A stretch of DNA of 64,000 nucleotides, from NCBI RefSeq assembly GCF_936928535.1, contig NZ_CAKZHY010000097.1:9852-73851 (forward strand). The letters run 5' to 3'. This DNA is from an uncultured Bradyrhizobium sp. GTDB taxonomy: Bacteria; Pseudomonadota; Alphaproteobacteria; Rhizobiales; Xanthobacteraceae. This document shows, one piece after another, positions 47,831-57,453 of the stretch. Below the pieces are notes generated by a model, which ran no database searches, was not told where the DNA came from, and was given only the letters and a program-made list of their open reading frames with translations. The position numbers and the translations under genes were made by a program. Each line of letters starts with the position of its first letter. The stretch's first letter is position 1.

Positions 47831-47924
47831 GTCATTCCAGCGCGGCTCGTAGAGCCGAACCCGGAATCTCGAGGTTCCGGGCTCTCCGGGCAGCGCTTGC
47901 GCGGTCCCGTCGCCCCGGAACGAC
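47831..47924. repeat. REP/MITE-like nested palindrome, family B copy inside the hpa operon
   Basis: GTCATTCCAGCGC, GGCTC-gta-GAGCC, GAACCCGGAATCTCGAGGTTCCGGG, longer right arm, CGCCCCGGAACGAC. Lies between the hpaD start and the hpaE stop. Confidence 0.8.
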
Positions 47925-47931
47925 GGTGGCT

Positions 47932-49470
47932 TTAGATTCCCAGCTTCTGAATTTTGTGCGTGCCCCGCGCCAGCGAGACGTGCTTGGTTTCCATGTAGAA
48001 ATCGAACGAGTAATCGCCGCCGTCGCGGCCGATTCCTGACGCCTTCATGCCGCCGAACGGCGTCGGCAGATGGCGCACGTTTTCCGAGTTCAGCCAGATC
48101 ATGCCGGCCTCGAGCGCGTCGGCGACGCGAAGTGCGCGACCCACATCGTTGGTCCAGACATAGCCGGTGAGGCCATAGCGGATGTCGTTGGCGATCGCGA
48201 TCGCGTCCGCCTCGTCCTTGAAGGGCAGCACGGTGAGGAAGGGACCGAACACCTCTTCCTGCGCCACACGCATCTTGCCATGCGCGCCTGTGACCAGCGT
48301 CGGCTCGACATAATGCCCGCCGCCTGGGCCGTCGTGAGCTTTGCCGCCGACGGCGATGGTCGCGCCGTCCTGGCGTGCAACGTCGAAGTACGAGCAGACC
48401 TTGGCCAGATGCCGCTCGTGGATCAGCGGTCCGATCTCGGTGGCGGGATCGAGGGGGTGGCCGACCTTCAGCGCCTTCACGCGCGCGGTCAGCTTATCCA
48501 CGAATTTTTCGGCGATGTTCGCCTGGATGAGCAGCCGGCTCGACGATGTGCAACGCTCGCCGTTGAGCGAGTAGATCATGAACACGACGGCATCGAGCGC
48601 GCGATCGAGATCGGCATCGTCGAACACGACGACGGGATTTTTGCCGCCGAGCTCGAAATGCACGCGCTTCAAGGTCGGGGCGCCCTGAACCATGATGGCC
48701 GAGCCCGTCGCGCTCTCGCCGACGAAGCCGATCGCCTTGATGGCGGGATGCTCCGTCAGTGCCTTGCCGGCCTCCTCGCCAAAACCGTGGACAGTGTTGA
48801 GCACGCCGTCGGGCACTCCGGCTTCCTTGACCAGCCGCGCCAGAATGGCAGCAGTCACCGGTGACCACTCCGCCGGCTTGTGCACGACGGTGCAGCCGGC
48901 GGCGAGGGCCGGGGCGATCTTCCAGGTCGAGAGCATGAACGGCGTGTTCCACGGCGTGATCACGCCGACGGGGCCGATCGGCACGCGGGTCGAGATATTC
49001 CAGTGCTCATCGCTCGGCGTGTTGAGGCCGTCGCGTGCCTCCCCGCATTTGTCGGCGAAGAAGCGGAAGTTCTCGGCGGCGCGGATCGCGGCCTTGGCCA
49101 TGAAGCGATAGGCTTGGCCGGTGTCGATGCATTCGAGCACCGCGATGTCTTCGGCATTGTCCTCGATCGCGTCGGCGACACGATGAAGCAGCTTCTTCCG
49201 CATCGCCGGTCCCATATCGCGCCAGGACTTGAAGGCGAGGGCGGCGGAGGTGGCCGCGGCGTCGATGTCCTCGGCATTGCCGCGCGCGACGCTTGCGAGC
49301 GTCGCCCCATCGACCGGCGACTTGGTCTCGAACGTCTGGCTCGAGATCGACGGCACGATCTTGCCATCGATGAAGTGGCCGATGCCCTCGGCGCCGAGCT
49401 TTTTCAGCAGCGGCGCGACGCGGTCCCGGTTGGCCTGGAACACATCGACTTTCGGCGTGGGCTTATCCAT
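47932..49470 (-). CDS. hpaE: 5-carboxymethyl-2-hydroxymuconate semialdehyde dehydrogenase
   Basis: ALDH motifs FELGGKNP and NGERCTSSSR. Operon position fits, with an 8-nt overlap with hpaF. Confidence 0.85.
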   Translation of the reverse strand: MDKPTPKVDVFQANRDRVAPLLKKLGAEGIGHFIDGKIVPSISSQTFETKSPVDGATLASVARGNAEDIDAAATSAALAFKSWRDMGPAMRKKLLHRVADAIEDNAEDIAVLECIDTGQAYRFMAKAAIRAAENFRFFADKCGEARDGLNTPSDEHWNISTRVPIGPVGVITPWNTPFMLSTWKIAPALAAGCTVVHKPAEWSPVTAAILARLVKEAGVPDGVLNTVHGFGEEAGKALTEHPAIKAIGFVGESATGSAIMVQGAPTLKRVHFELGGKNPVVVFDDADLDRALDAVVFMIYSLNGERCTSSSRLLIQANIAEKFVDKLTARVKALKVGHPLDPATEIGPLIHERHLAKVCSYFDVARQDGATIAVGGKAHDGPGGGHYVEPTLVTGAHGKMRVAQEEVFGPFLTVLPFKDEADAIAIANDIRYGLTGYVWTNDVGRALRVADALEAGMIWLNSENVRHLPTPFGGMKASGIGRDGGDYSFDFYMETKHVSLARGTHKIQKLGI

Positions 49471-49861
49471 GGGCAGCCTCCACTTTCAGGGCGTCGTGCA
49501 TGTTGTTGCGCTTCCAGCTGGTGTCCTTGTCGTTGATCTGCATGTCGAACGACAAAGCGAATTTGCTGGCGGCGAAGACGGGATCGAGATGTCTCGAGAG
49601 TGCCTGAAAGACGTGCTCGCCGGCTTTCTGGCGGGTCGCGAGGTCGCGGCCTTCGCCGATGCGCAGCACCATGTCGAGGAAGCCGTAATCGTGCCTGTTA
49701 TCGGCGATCGCATAATGCTCGCACCTGATGGCGCGCACGCGGATGCCGCCGAGCGGGAAGATACCGGTTTCGACCGCCGCCTTGCGCACCACCTCGCAGA
49801 CCGCGCCGATGTCGAGGCGGCCATCGAGATTGGCCGAATATTCGATCGTGAAATGCGGCAT
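49463..49861 (-). CDS. hpaF: 5-carboxymethyl-2-hydroxymuconate isomerase
   Basis: MPHFTIEYSANL...TGIFPLGGIRVRA...HDYGFLDM.LRIGEGR is collinear with my recollection of E. coli HpaF/HpcD. Confidence 0.95.
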   Translation of the reverse strand: MPHFTIEYSANLDGRLDIGAVCEVVRKAAVETGIFPLGGIRVRAIRCEHYAIADNRHDYGFLDMVLRIGEGRDLATRQKAGEHVFQALSRHLDPVFAASKFALSFDMQINDKDTSWKRNNMHDALKVEAAHG

Positions 49862-49896
49862 GGCGGTTTCACTCCCTGTGTCGTCTTATTGCTGTC

Positions 49897-50703
49897 TTAA
49901 GCGAAGTAGCAGCTAACCGAGCCGTAGGCGCCATAATCGGCTTGAATTGTGTCGCCCTTGCGGGTCTCGATCGGACGGATGAAGGAGCCGGCGAGCACGA
50001 TTTGGCCGGGCTCGAGCGCAAGTCCCAGCGGCGCGATCTTGTTGGCGAGCCAGGCCACCGCGGTTGCGGGATGATTTAGCACGCCGGCGGCAAGGCCGGT
50101 CTCTTCCAACTGGCCGTTCCTGAAGCAGAGCGCACCGATCCAGCGCAAATCCGCATCTAACGGGCGGATCGGCCGTCCGCCGAGTACGATGCCGGCATTC
50201 GCCGCGTTGTCGGCGATGGTGTCGTAGATCTTTCGCGTGGCCTTGGTCGCGGGATCGACGCGCTCGATGCGTGTGTCCAGGATCTCCAGCGCCGGCACGA
50301 CGAAGTCGGTGGCATTGAGCACGTCGAATAGCGTGCAATCCGGCCCTTCGAGACGCTTGTTCATGACAAAGGCGAGCTCGGCCTCGACGCGCGTGGCGAT
50401 GAAGCGCTCGGGCGGAATGATCCCGCCATCGGCGAAGAACATGTCATCGAGCAGCACGCCGGAATCCGGCTCGTCGATGTTGAGCGCGCTCTGCATCGCT
50501 TTCGAGGTCAGGCCGATCTTGTGGCCTTTGACCATGCGTCCCTCGGCGATCTTGATGTCGACCCACGCCTTCTGAATCGCGTAGGCATCGGCGATGGTGA
50601 TCGCGGGGAAATCCTGCGAGAGCTGCCGGATCTGCACGCGGGTCTTCTCCGCCTGGTGCAGACGCCTCGCGCAAGCTTGGATATCGTCGTTGGAAAGCGC
50701 CAT
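49897..50703 (-). CDS. hpaH: 2-oxo-hepta-3-ene-1,7-dioate hydratase
   Basis: [28 protein letters not shown]...[13 protein letters not shown]...[11 protein letters not shown]...[16 protein letters not shown] is collinear with my recollection of E. coli HpaH/HpcG. Confidence 0.95.
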   Translation of the reverse strand: MALSNDDIQACARRLHQAEKTRVQIRQLSQDFPAITIADAYAIQKAWVDIKIAEGRMVKGHKIGLTSKAMQSALNIDEPDSGVLLDDMFFADGGIIPPERFIATRVEAELAFVMNKRLEGPDCTLFDVLNATDFVVPALEILDTRIERVDPATKATRKIYDTIADNAANAGIVLGGRPIRPLDADLRWIGALCFRNGQLEETGLAAGVLNHPATAVAWLANKIAPLGLALEPGQIVLAGSFIRPIETRKGDTIQADYGAYGSVSCYFA

Positions 50704-50734
50704 GGATGATCTACGTATCAGTGGTGCCCGAGAT

Positions 50735-50750
50735 ACTTAACATGTTAAGT
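50735..50750. promoter_or_regulatory. Perfect 16-bp palindrome ACTTAACATGTTAAGT in the hpaH/hpaR divergent region; candidate HpaR (MarR) operator
   Basis: Perfect dyad 32 nt upstream of the hpaH start codon and 76 nt upstream of the hpaR ORF. AT-rich relative to its surroundings. MarR-family dimers bind such dyads. Confidence 0.45.
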
Positions 50751-50825
50751 GAATGCGTCAAACAGATTCTGGCTTGCTGCACTGCAAACGTTTGTGGTCC
50801 GAACGGGCGGCCTTGAAAGGGCGAT

Positions 50826-51344
50826 ATGGCAAAGAGACCGGCTGACCCAACCAACGCAGCTGCACCCGCCGCCCGCCAGGTGCCGATGCGCGATTTCTCG
50901 CGCTCGCTGCCGATGTCGCTGCTGCGGGCACGCGAGGCGGTGATGCGGCAATTTCGCCCCAAGCTGCGCGAGCACGGTCTGACCGAGCAGCAATGGCGCA
51001 TCCTGCGCGCGCTCGCCGCCATCGAGGCCGCCGAGGTCACGGAACTCGCGCGCACCGCCTTTCTCCTGGGGCCAAGCCTGTCGCGCATCCTGCGCGATCT
51101 CGAGGCGCGCAATCTGATCGAGCGCAGGACGGCGAAGTCGGACCAGCGCCGCAGCATGGTCTCGATCTCGAAAGACGGTGTGAAGCTGATGGCCTCGGTC
51201 GCGCCGTCGTCGGAGGCGATCTATGCCGAGATCACGCAGCGCTTCGGCGCGCGCAAGCTTGGCGAGTTGCAGGAGATGCTTGGAGAGCTCGAGCAGAGCC
51301 TCGCAGGGCTCGGTGCCGGCGACGAGGCAAGTGCCGAGGAGTGA
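50826..51344 (+). CDS. hpaR: Homoprotocatechuate degradation operon regulator HpaR (MarR family)
   Basis: LLRAREAVMRQFRPKLREHGLTEQQWRILRAL resembles the E. coli HpaR N-terminus as I recall it. Winged-HTH follows. The true start may be the internal ATG near 50886. Confidence 0.85.
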   Translation: MAKRPADPTNAAAPAARQVPMRDFSRSLPMSLLRAREAVMRQFRPKLREHGLTEQQWRILRALAAIEAAEVTELARTAFLLGPSLSRILRDLEARNLIERRTAKSDQRRSMVSISKDGVKLMASVAPSSEAIYAEITQRFGARKLGELQEMLGELEQSLAGLGAGDEASAEE

Positions 51345-51472
51345 ACCCAGATATGCGCTTGGACGCAGCGAGAAACCATGGACATTGCTGCGTTTTTTGG
51401 CTCAAAGTGCCGCCCAAGCTGATCCGTCCACCGGCACCCGGAAGCGGGATCGCGCTGTCGCGGCGCGTCGTC

Positions 51473-52288
51473 ATGGCGACGAAGGCTCAAACAACAAAGA
51501 AGGAAGGCAACGTGGCGAACAAGGTCAAGGAAATCTGGAAGTCGGGCAAGGCCGTGGTCAACGCGTGGCTCGCTATTCCCTCCGGCTTCTCGGCTGAGAT
51601 GATCGCGCAATGCGGCTTCGACAGCGTCACCGTCGACATGCAGCACGGCGTGCAGGACTATCTGTCGATGGTGCAGTGCTTCCAGGCCATGGACAAGCAC
51701 CCTGTCACCCCGATGGTCCGCGTGCCCTGGAACGAGCCCGGCATCATCGGCAAGGTGCTCGACGGCGGCGCCTATGGTGTGATCTGCCCGATGGTCAACA
51801 CGCCGCAAGAGGCCAGGAACCTCGTTTCTTACTCGAAGTATCCGCCGAAAGGCGTCCGCTCCAACGGCCCGATCCGGGCAGGCATGTACGGCACGGCCGG
51901 CTCCTACCAGAAGACGGCCAACGATGACATCGTGCTGTTGCCGATGATGGAGACGAAGACTGCGGTCGAGAACATGGAAGCGATCCTCGACGTCGAAGGC
52001 CTCAACGGGGTCTATATCGGCCCGTCCGACCTCGGCTTCTCCTACGGCCTCGAGCCCAAGCTCGACCGGTCCGAGCCCGAGATCCTCGCGATCTACGAGA
52101 AGATCATCAAGGAATGCGACAAGCGTGGGCTCTTCCCCGGCATCCATTGCAGCGGCGCCGAAGGCGCTGCGCGCGCCATCAACATGGGCTTCAAGCTGGT
52201 GACGCTCTCGAACGAGGTCGGCATGATGACGACCTATGCCAAGATGCAGGTCAACGCCACCCGCAAGGAGTCCGGCGGCAAGGCCTAA
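51473..52288 (+). CDS. hpaI: HpcH/HpaI family aldolase (probable 4-hydroxy-2-oxoheptanedioate aldolase)
   Basis: ATG 51473; the track start 50993 is an out-of-frame overlap with hpaR. Has the HpaI-type N-terminus (VNAWLAIPSGFSAEMIAQCGFDSVTVDMQHG), although Q replaces the usual E of DxEH. Downstream of hpaR. Confidence 0.75.
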   Translation: MATKAQTTKKEGNVANKVKEIWKSGKAVVNAWLAIPSGFSAEMIAQCGFDSVTVDMQHGVQDYLSMVQCFQAMDKHPVTPMVRVPWNEPGIIGKVLDGGAYGVICPMVNTPQEARNLVSYSKYPPKGVRSNGPIRAGMYGTAGSYQKTANDDIVLLPMMETKTAVENMEAILDVEGLNGVYIGPSDLGFSYGLEPKLDRSEPEILAIYEKIIKECDKRGLFPGIHCSGAEGAARAINMGFKLVTLSNEVGMMTTYAKMQVNATRKESGGKA

Positions 52289-52303
52289 GTTTTCTCTCCT
52301 TTC

Positions 52304-52447
52304 CCTCTCCCCGTTCTTACGGGGAGAGGGTTAGGGTGAGGGGCCTCTCTCAACACGAATGAAACTCACGATCGAGCGCGCGGCTTGCCCCTCACCCGGC
52401 TCGCTTCGCGATCCGACCTCTCCCCGTAAGAACGGGGAGAGGTGAAG
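52304..52447. repeat. Inverted pair of family D hairpin repeats
   Basis: Left arm CCTCTCCCCGTTCTTACGGGGAGAGGGTTAGGGTGAGGGGC. Right arm GCCCCTCACCC...CCTCTCCCCGTAAGAACGGGGAGAGG. Each arm is itself a hairpin. Confidence 0.6.
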
Positions 52448-52469
52448 TAAGAGACCTAAGGAGACTTCC

Positions 52470-53993
52470 ATGACCATCAGCCCCGTCATCCGCCTGCACC
52501 CCGATGATGGCGTGCTGATCGCGCGCGCGAGCCTGCCGCCGGGAACGGTGGTGGCCGACGGCGTGACCACGGTCGAACGTATTCCCTCCGGCCACAAGGT
52601 TGCGATCAAGCCGATCGCCGTGGGCGAACCTGTCGTCCGCTACGGCCAGATCATCGGCTTTGCGACCCAGGCCATTGCGCCGGGCCAGCACGTACATGTC
52701 CAGAACATCGGCATGGGCGACTTCGCCAAGGACTACGCCTATTGCGCCGACGTCAAGCCGACGCCGAATTTCGATCTGCCGGCGACTTTCGAAGGCATCC
52801 GCCGTCCGGACGGCCGCGTCGCCACGCGCAACTATATCGGCATCCTCACCTCGGTGAATTGCAGCGCGCATGTCGCAAGCCTCGTCGCCGATGTCTTCAA
52901 GAAGAATCCCTTCACCGGCGACAATCCGCTGGCCGAGTTTTCCAATGTCGACGGTGTCGTTGCGCTGACGCACAAGACCGGCTGCGGCATGACGCAGAAC
53001 GAGCCGCTTGCGCTGCTCCGCCGCACCCTCGGCGGCTATGCGCGGCACGTCAATTTCTCCCATGTCATCGTGCTCGGCCTCGGCTGTGAGGTGAACCAGA
53101 TCGGCGGCCTGATGGAAGAGCAGAAGCTCGCCGGCCGCCTCCGCGCGATGGACATCCAGGAGGTCGGCGGCACCCGCAAGACGGTGGAAGCCGGCATTGC
53201 CTTTGTGCGCGAGGCGCTTGCCGACTCCAACAAGGTGAAGCGCGAGTCCGTGCCGGTGAGCGAGCTGACCGTGGCGCTGCAATGCGGCGGCTCGGATGGC
53301 TATTCCGGCGTGTCGGCCAATCCGGCCTTGGGCGCGGCCAGCGATCTCATCGTCCGCCACGGCGGGACCGTGATCCTGTCGGAGACGCCGGAGACCTACG
53401 GCGCCGAGCACCTGCTGACGCGCCGGGCCGTCAGCCGCGAGGTCGGCGAGAAGCTGGTCGACCTCATGCGCTGGTGGGACGAATACACGACGCGCGAAGG
53501 CGCAGAGATGAACGCCAATCCGAGTCCCGGCAACAAGGCCGGCGGCCTCACCACCATTCTGGAAAAGTCGCTCGGCGCGATGGCCAAGGCCGGCACCACC
53601 AATCTCGTCGAGGTGCTGCGCTACGCCGAGCCCGTCACCAAGAAGGGTTTTGTCTTCATGGACACGCCCGGCTACGACCCAGTCGCGGCCACGGGGCAGG
53701 TCGCCGGCGGCGCCAACCTCGTCTGCTTCACCACGGGCCGCGGCAGCGTGTTCGGCTGCAAGCCCGCGCCCTCTATCAAGCTCGCCACCAACACGCCCAT
53801 GTACAAGCGCATGGAAGAGGACATGGACGTCAATTGCGGCACCATCCTCGAAGGCGAGGAGAGCGTGCAGGAGTGCGGCCAGCGCATCTTCGATCTGATC
53901 CTGAAGACCGCCTCGGGCCAGCCGACCAAGAGCGAAAGCTTCGATTTCGGCGGCGCCGAGTTCGCACCTTGGGTGCTGGGCGCGACGATGTGA
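52470..53993 (+). CDS. UxaA family hydrolyase (altronate/galactarate dehydratase-like)
   Basis: N-terminal SAF domain (GTVVADGVTTVERIPSGHKVAIKPIAVGEPVVRYGQIIG) followed by an approximately 400-aa UxaA/GarD-type C-terminal domain. Confidence 0.8.
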   Translation: MTISPVIRLHPDDGVLIARASLPPGTVVADGVTTVERIPSGHKVAIKPIAVGEPVVRYGQIIGFATQAIAPGQHVHVQNIGMGDFAKDYAYCADVKPTPNFDLPATFEGIRRPDGRVATRNYIGILTSVNCSAHVASLVADVFKKNPFTGDNPLAEFSNVDGVVALTHKTGCGMTQNEPLALLRRTLGGYARHVNFSHVIVLGLGCEVNQIGGLMEEQKLAGRLRAMDIQEVGGTRKTVEAGIAFVREALADSNKVKRESVPVSELTVALQCGGSDGYSGVSANPALGAASDLIVRHGGTVILSETPETYGAEHLLTRRAVSREVGEKLVDLMRWWDEYTTREGAEMNANPSPGNKAGGLTTILEKSLGAMAKAGTTNLVEVLRYAEPVTKKGFVFMDTPGYDPVAATGQVAGGANLVCFTTGRGSVFGCKPAPSIKLATNTPMYKRMEEDMDVNCGTILEGEESVQECGQRIFDLILKTASGQPTKSESFDFGGAEFAPWVLGATM

Positions 53994-53996
53994 GAG

Positions 53997-54063
53997 GGCG
54001 ATTGGCGAATAGGGGTTAGCGAAGAGGGGAAGCCTTCGGCAATTCGCTACTCGCCATTCGCCC
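53997..54063. repeat. Imperfect inverted repeat (GGGCGATTGGCGAATAG ... CTACTCGCCATTCGCCC), possible terminator or REP-like element
   Basis: Arms of about 17 bp with mismatches, starting just after the dehydratase stop. Seen once in the window, so family status is unproven. Confidence 0.4.
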
Positions 54064-54153
54064 GTGCCGTAGGCACCCACTGCCCGTTGTTAATGCTTGA
54101 TCGAGGTCACCAGCAGTGTTCTGCTCAAAAAAGCTGCTGGAGCACCGCACCCC

Positions 54154-57100
54154 GTGTCGATCTACGTCGCATTACACCACGTCACGCACTACAAATACGA
54201 CCGCCCGATCGATCTGGGACCGCAGACTATTCGCCTGCGGCCGGCGCCGCATACGCGCACGCCAATCCTGAGCTATTCGCTCAAGGTCACGCCATCCAAT
54301 CACTTCGTGAACTGGCAGCAGGACCCGCAGGGCAACTGGCTTGCCCGCTATGTCTTTCCGGAGAAGACGACCGAACTGAAATTCGAGGTCGACTTCACGG
54401 CGCAGATGACCACGGTCAATCCGTTCGACTTCTTCGTCGAGCCTTACGCCGACAGCTTTCCGTTCGAATATCCTAAGGACTTGAAGACCGAGCTCGCGCC
54501 CTATCTCGAGACCATCAAGCCCGATCCGGCCTTCGCGAAATATCTGGCCTCGCTCCCGCGCGAGGCGCCGAACACCGTCAATTACCTGGTCGATCTCAAT
54601 CGCGAGCTCCAGAAGAAGATCAGCTACATCATCCGCATGGAGCCCGGCGTGCAGACGCCGGAGGAGACGCTGACCTCCTGCGCCGGCTCTTGCCGCGACT
54701 CCGCCTGGCTCCTGATCCAGACCTTCCGTCATCTCGGCCTCGCCGCGCGTTTCGTCTCCGGCTATCTGATCCAGATCCGCCCCGACATCGATCCGATCGA
54801 AGGGCCGCCCGAGGTCGAGAACGACTTCACGGATTTGCACGCCTGGGCCGAGGTCTATCTGCCGGGCGCGGGATGGATCGGGTTCGACGCGACGTCAGGC
54901 ATGCTCGCAGGCGAGGGGCACATCCCGGTCGCCGCCACGCCGCATTATCGCTCGGCCGCGCCGATCTCGGGCGGCGCAGGTTTCGCCGAGGTCGAGTTCG
55001 CCTTCGACATGAGCGTGAAGCGGATCCGCGAGGCGCCGCGCATCACAAAGCCGTTCTCGGACGAATCCTGGGGGCGGCTCAACGATCTCGGCGAGCAGGT
55101 CGACGGCGACCTCGCCGCGCAAGACGTGCGCCTCACCATGGGCGGCGAGCCGACCTTCGTCTCGGTCGATGATCTCGAAGCGGCGGAGTGGAATACGGAA
55201 GCCGTCGGCCCGACCAAGCGCGCGCTCGGCGACGACCTGATCCGCCGCCTGCGCAATCGCTTCGCGCCGGGCGGCCTTTTGCATTACGGCCAGGGCAAAT
55301 GGTATCCGGGCGAAAGCCTGCCGCGCTGGGCGTTCGGCCTCTACTGGCGCAAGGACGGCATGCCGATCTGGAAGAACGCCGACCTCATTGCAAAGATCGA
55401 GAATCCCAGGCGCGCCCACACCGAAGACGCCGAGGATTTCATGGAGGGCACGGCCGTGCGGCTCGGGCTCGATCCCGGCTACATCATTCCGGCCTATGAG
55501 GACACGGTCTACTGGCTCAAGAAGGAAGCCGAGCTTCCTGTCAACGTCGACCCGTCCGACTCCAAATTGTCCGATCCCGAGGCACGCGCGCGGATGGCGC
55601 GGGTGTTCAATCAGGGCCTCCGCGCGCCGCGCGGCTTCGTGTTGCCGGTGCAGCGCTGGAACGCGCCGCCGCGCTGGCGCAGCGAGCGCTGGCAACTCCG
55701 GCGCGGTCATCTGTTCCTGATGCCTGGGGATTCGCCGCTGGGTCTGCGCCTGCCGCTTGACTCGCTCGGCTATGTCCCGCCCAATCAATATCCTTACATC
55801 ATCGAGCGGGATCCGATGGAGGCCCGCGGCAAGCTGCCGGTGTTCAGCCTCCCCGCGCGCCCGGAATCGCCGCCACCGCGGATCGCGCCCGAGCAACTCA
55901 ACATGTCTGTCCCCGTCCGGACCGCGCTGTCGATCGAGGTCCGCGACGGCGTCATCTGCGCGTTCATGCCGCCGGTCGAGCGCATCGAGGATTATCTCGA
56001 AATGATCGCGGCGCTCGAAGCCACGGCCGAGGAGATGAAGCTCCAGGTCCATGTCGAGGGTTATCCGCCGCCATTCGATCCGCGCATCGAGGTCATCAAG
56101 GTGACGCCGGACCCAGGCGTCATCGAGGTCAACATCCAGCCGGCGCAGAGCTGGCGCGATGCGGTCGAGATTACCTCGGGTCTTTATGAGGACGCCGGCA
56201 AGGTCCGTCTCGGCGCTAACCGATTTCTGCTCGATGGCCGCCACACCGGCACTGGTGGTGGCAACCACGTCGTGATCGGCGGCTCCTCACCGCAGGATTC
56301 GCCGTTTCTGCGCCGGCCTGATCTCCTGAAGAGCCTCGTGCTCTACTGGCAGCGGCATCCGTCGCTGTCCTACTTCTTCTCCGGCCTGTTCATCGGCCCG
56401 ACCAGCCAGGCGCCCCGCATCGACGAAGCCCGCCACGACAGCATCTACGAGCTCGAGATCGCGCTCGCGCAGGTGCCGCCGCCGGGCTACCAGGTGCCGC
56501 TGTGGCTGGTCGACCGGCTGTTCCGGCACCAGCTCGTCGACATCACCGGCAACACCCATCGCTCCGAGATCTGTATCGACAAGCTCTATTCGCCCGACGG
56601 TCCCACGGGGCGTCTCGGCCTCGTCGAATTCCGCGCGCTCGAAATGCCGCCGGATCCGCGGATGTCGCTGGCGCAGCAGCTCTTGATCCGCGCGCTGATC
56701 GCAAAGTTCTGGCGCGAGCCGCAACAAGGCAAGTTCGTGCGGTGGGGCACGGCGCTGCATGATCGCTTCATGCTGCCGCATTTCATCTGGGAAGATTTTC
56801 AGGACGTGCTCTCCGAGCTGAAAAGCTCCGGCTATGCGTTCGAGCCGGAATGGTATCTGGCTCAGCTCGAATTCCGCTTCCCCGCCTTCGGCCGCGTTCA
56901 CCACGGCGGCGTGACGATGGAGCTGAGGCAGGCGCTGGAGCCCTGGCACGTCCTGGGCGAGGAGGGCTCGGCCGGCGGCACCGTGCGCTATGTCGATTCG
57001 TCCGTCGAACGGCTTCAGGTCAAGGCCGAGGGGTTCGTCGAAGGCCGTCACATCATTACCTGCAATGGTCGTCGCCTGCCGATGACCTCGACCGGCCGCT

Positions 57101-57426
57101 CGGCCGAAGCCGTGGCCGGCGTTCGCTTCAAGGCCTGGCAACCGGCCTCCGGCCTGCACCCGACCATCCCGGTCCATGCGCCGCTGACGTTTGACCTGAT
57201 CGACAGCTGGAACGGCCGCTCGCTGGGCGGTTGCGTCTATCACGTCGCCCATCCCGGCGGCCGTAACTACGAGACCAAGCCTGTCAACACCTACGAGGCC
57301 GAGGCGCGGCGGCTGGCGCGCTTCCAGGACCACGGTCATACGCCGGGGCCGATGCTGCCGCCGCCCGAGGAACGCACAAATGAATTCCCGCTGACCCTCG
57401 ACTTGCGGACCCCGCTCCTGCAATGA
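54154..57426 (+). CDS. Large transglutaminase-family protein (Bact_transglu_N + transglutaminase core + DUF2126-like C-terminal region)
   Basis: GTG 54154 ([18 protein letters not shown]) with GGAG upstream. Cys-His-Asp candidates are [18 protein letters not shown] and GFDATSG. About 800 further residues carry no motif I recognise. Confidence 0.85.
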   Translation: MSIYVALHHVTHYKYDRPIDLGPQTIRLRPAPHTRTPILSYSLKVTPSNHFVNWQQDPQGNWLARYVFPEKTTELKFEVDFTAQMTTVNPFDFFVEPYADSFPFEYPKDLKTELAPYLETIKPDPAFAKYLASLPREAPNTVNYLVDLNRELQKKISYIIRMEPGVQTPEETLTSCAGSCRDSAWLLIQTFRHLGLAARFVSGYLIQIRPDIDPIEGPPEVENDFTDLHAWAEVYLPGAGWIGFDATSGMLAGEGHIPVAATPHYRSAAPISGGAGFAEVEFAFDMSVKRIREAPRITKPFSDESWGRLNDLGEQVDGDLAAQDVRLTMGGEPTFVSVDDLEAAEWNTEAVGPTKRALGDDLIRRLRNRFAPGGLLHYGQGKWYPGESLPRWAFGLYWRKDGMPIWKNADLIAKIENPRRAHTEDAEDFMEGTAVRLGLDPGYIIPAYEDTVYWLKKEAELPVNVDPSDSKLSDPEARARMARVFNQGLRAPRGFVLPVQRWNAPPRWRSERWQLRRGHLFLMPGDSPLGLRLPLDSLGYVPPNQYPYIIERDPMEARGKLPVFSLPARPESPPPRIAPEQLNMSVPVRTALSIEVRDGVICAFMPPVERIEDYLEMIAALEATAEEMKLQVHVEGYPPPFDPRIEVIKVTPDPGVIEVNIQPAQSWRDAVEITSGLYEDAGKVRLGANRFLLDGRHTGTGGGNHVVIGGSSPQDSPFLRRPDLLKSLVLYWQRHPSLSYFFSGLFIGPTSQAPRIDEARHDSIYELEIALAQVPPPGYQVPLWLVDRLFRHQLVDITGNTHRSEICIDKLYSPDGPTGRLGLVEFRALEMPPDPRMSLAQQLLIRALIAKFWREPQQGKFVRWGTALHDRFMLPHFIWEDFQDVLSELKSSGYAFEPEWYLAQLEFRFPAFGRVHHGGVTMELRQALEPWHVLGEEGSAGGTVRYVDSSVERLQVKAEGFVEGRHIITCNGRRLPMTSTGRSAEAVAGVRFKAWQPASGLHPTIPVHAPLTFDLIDSWNGRSLGGCVYHVAHPGGRNYETKPVNTYEAEARRLARFQDHGHTPGPMLPPPEERTNEFPLTLDLRTPLLQ

Positions 57427-57453
57427 GTATGATGGTGGGGCAGGGAGAGGCGC

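Noticed and set aside
50993-51472. Upstream 160-codon extension of the hpaI ORF, which overlaps hpaR
   Set aside because: It is out of frame with a convincing HpaR CDS and is Arg-rich. The ATG at 51473 gives the typical HpaI-family N-terminus.
7203-54063. Possibility that the recurring palindromic repeats are a CRISPR array
   Set aside because: The copies are kilobases apart and separated by genes. They belong to several unrelated families, occur in both orientations, and are not accompanied by cas genes.
52392-54080. 562-aa minus-strand ORF opposite the UxaA-family dehydratase
   Set aside because: It is an antisense artefact. Its ends lie in the flanking repeat elements.
54064-54153. Possible sigma-54 (-24/-12) or FixK/FNR box upstream of the transglutaminase operon (AGGCACCCACTGCCCG; TTGATCGAGGTCA)
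   Set aside because: The spacing and second half-sites do not match TGGCAC-N5-TTGC or TTGAT-N4-ATCAA.
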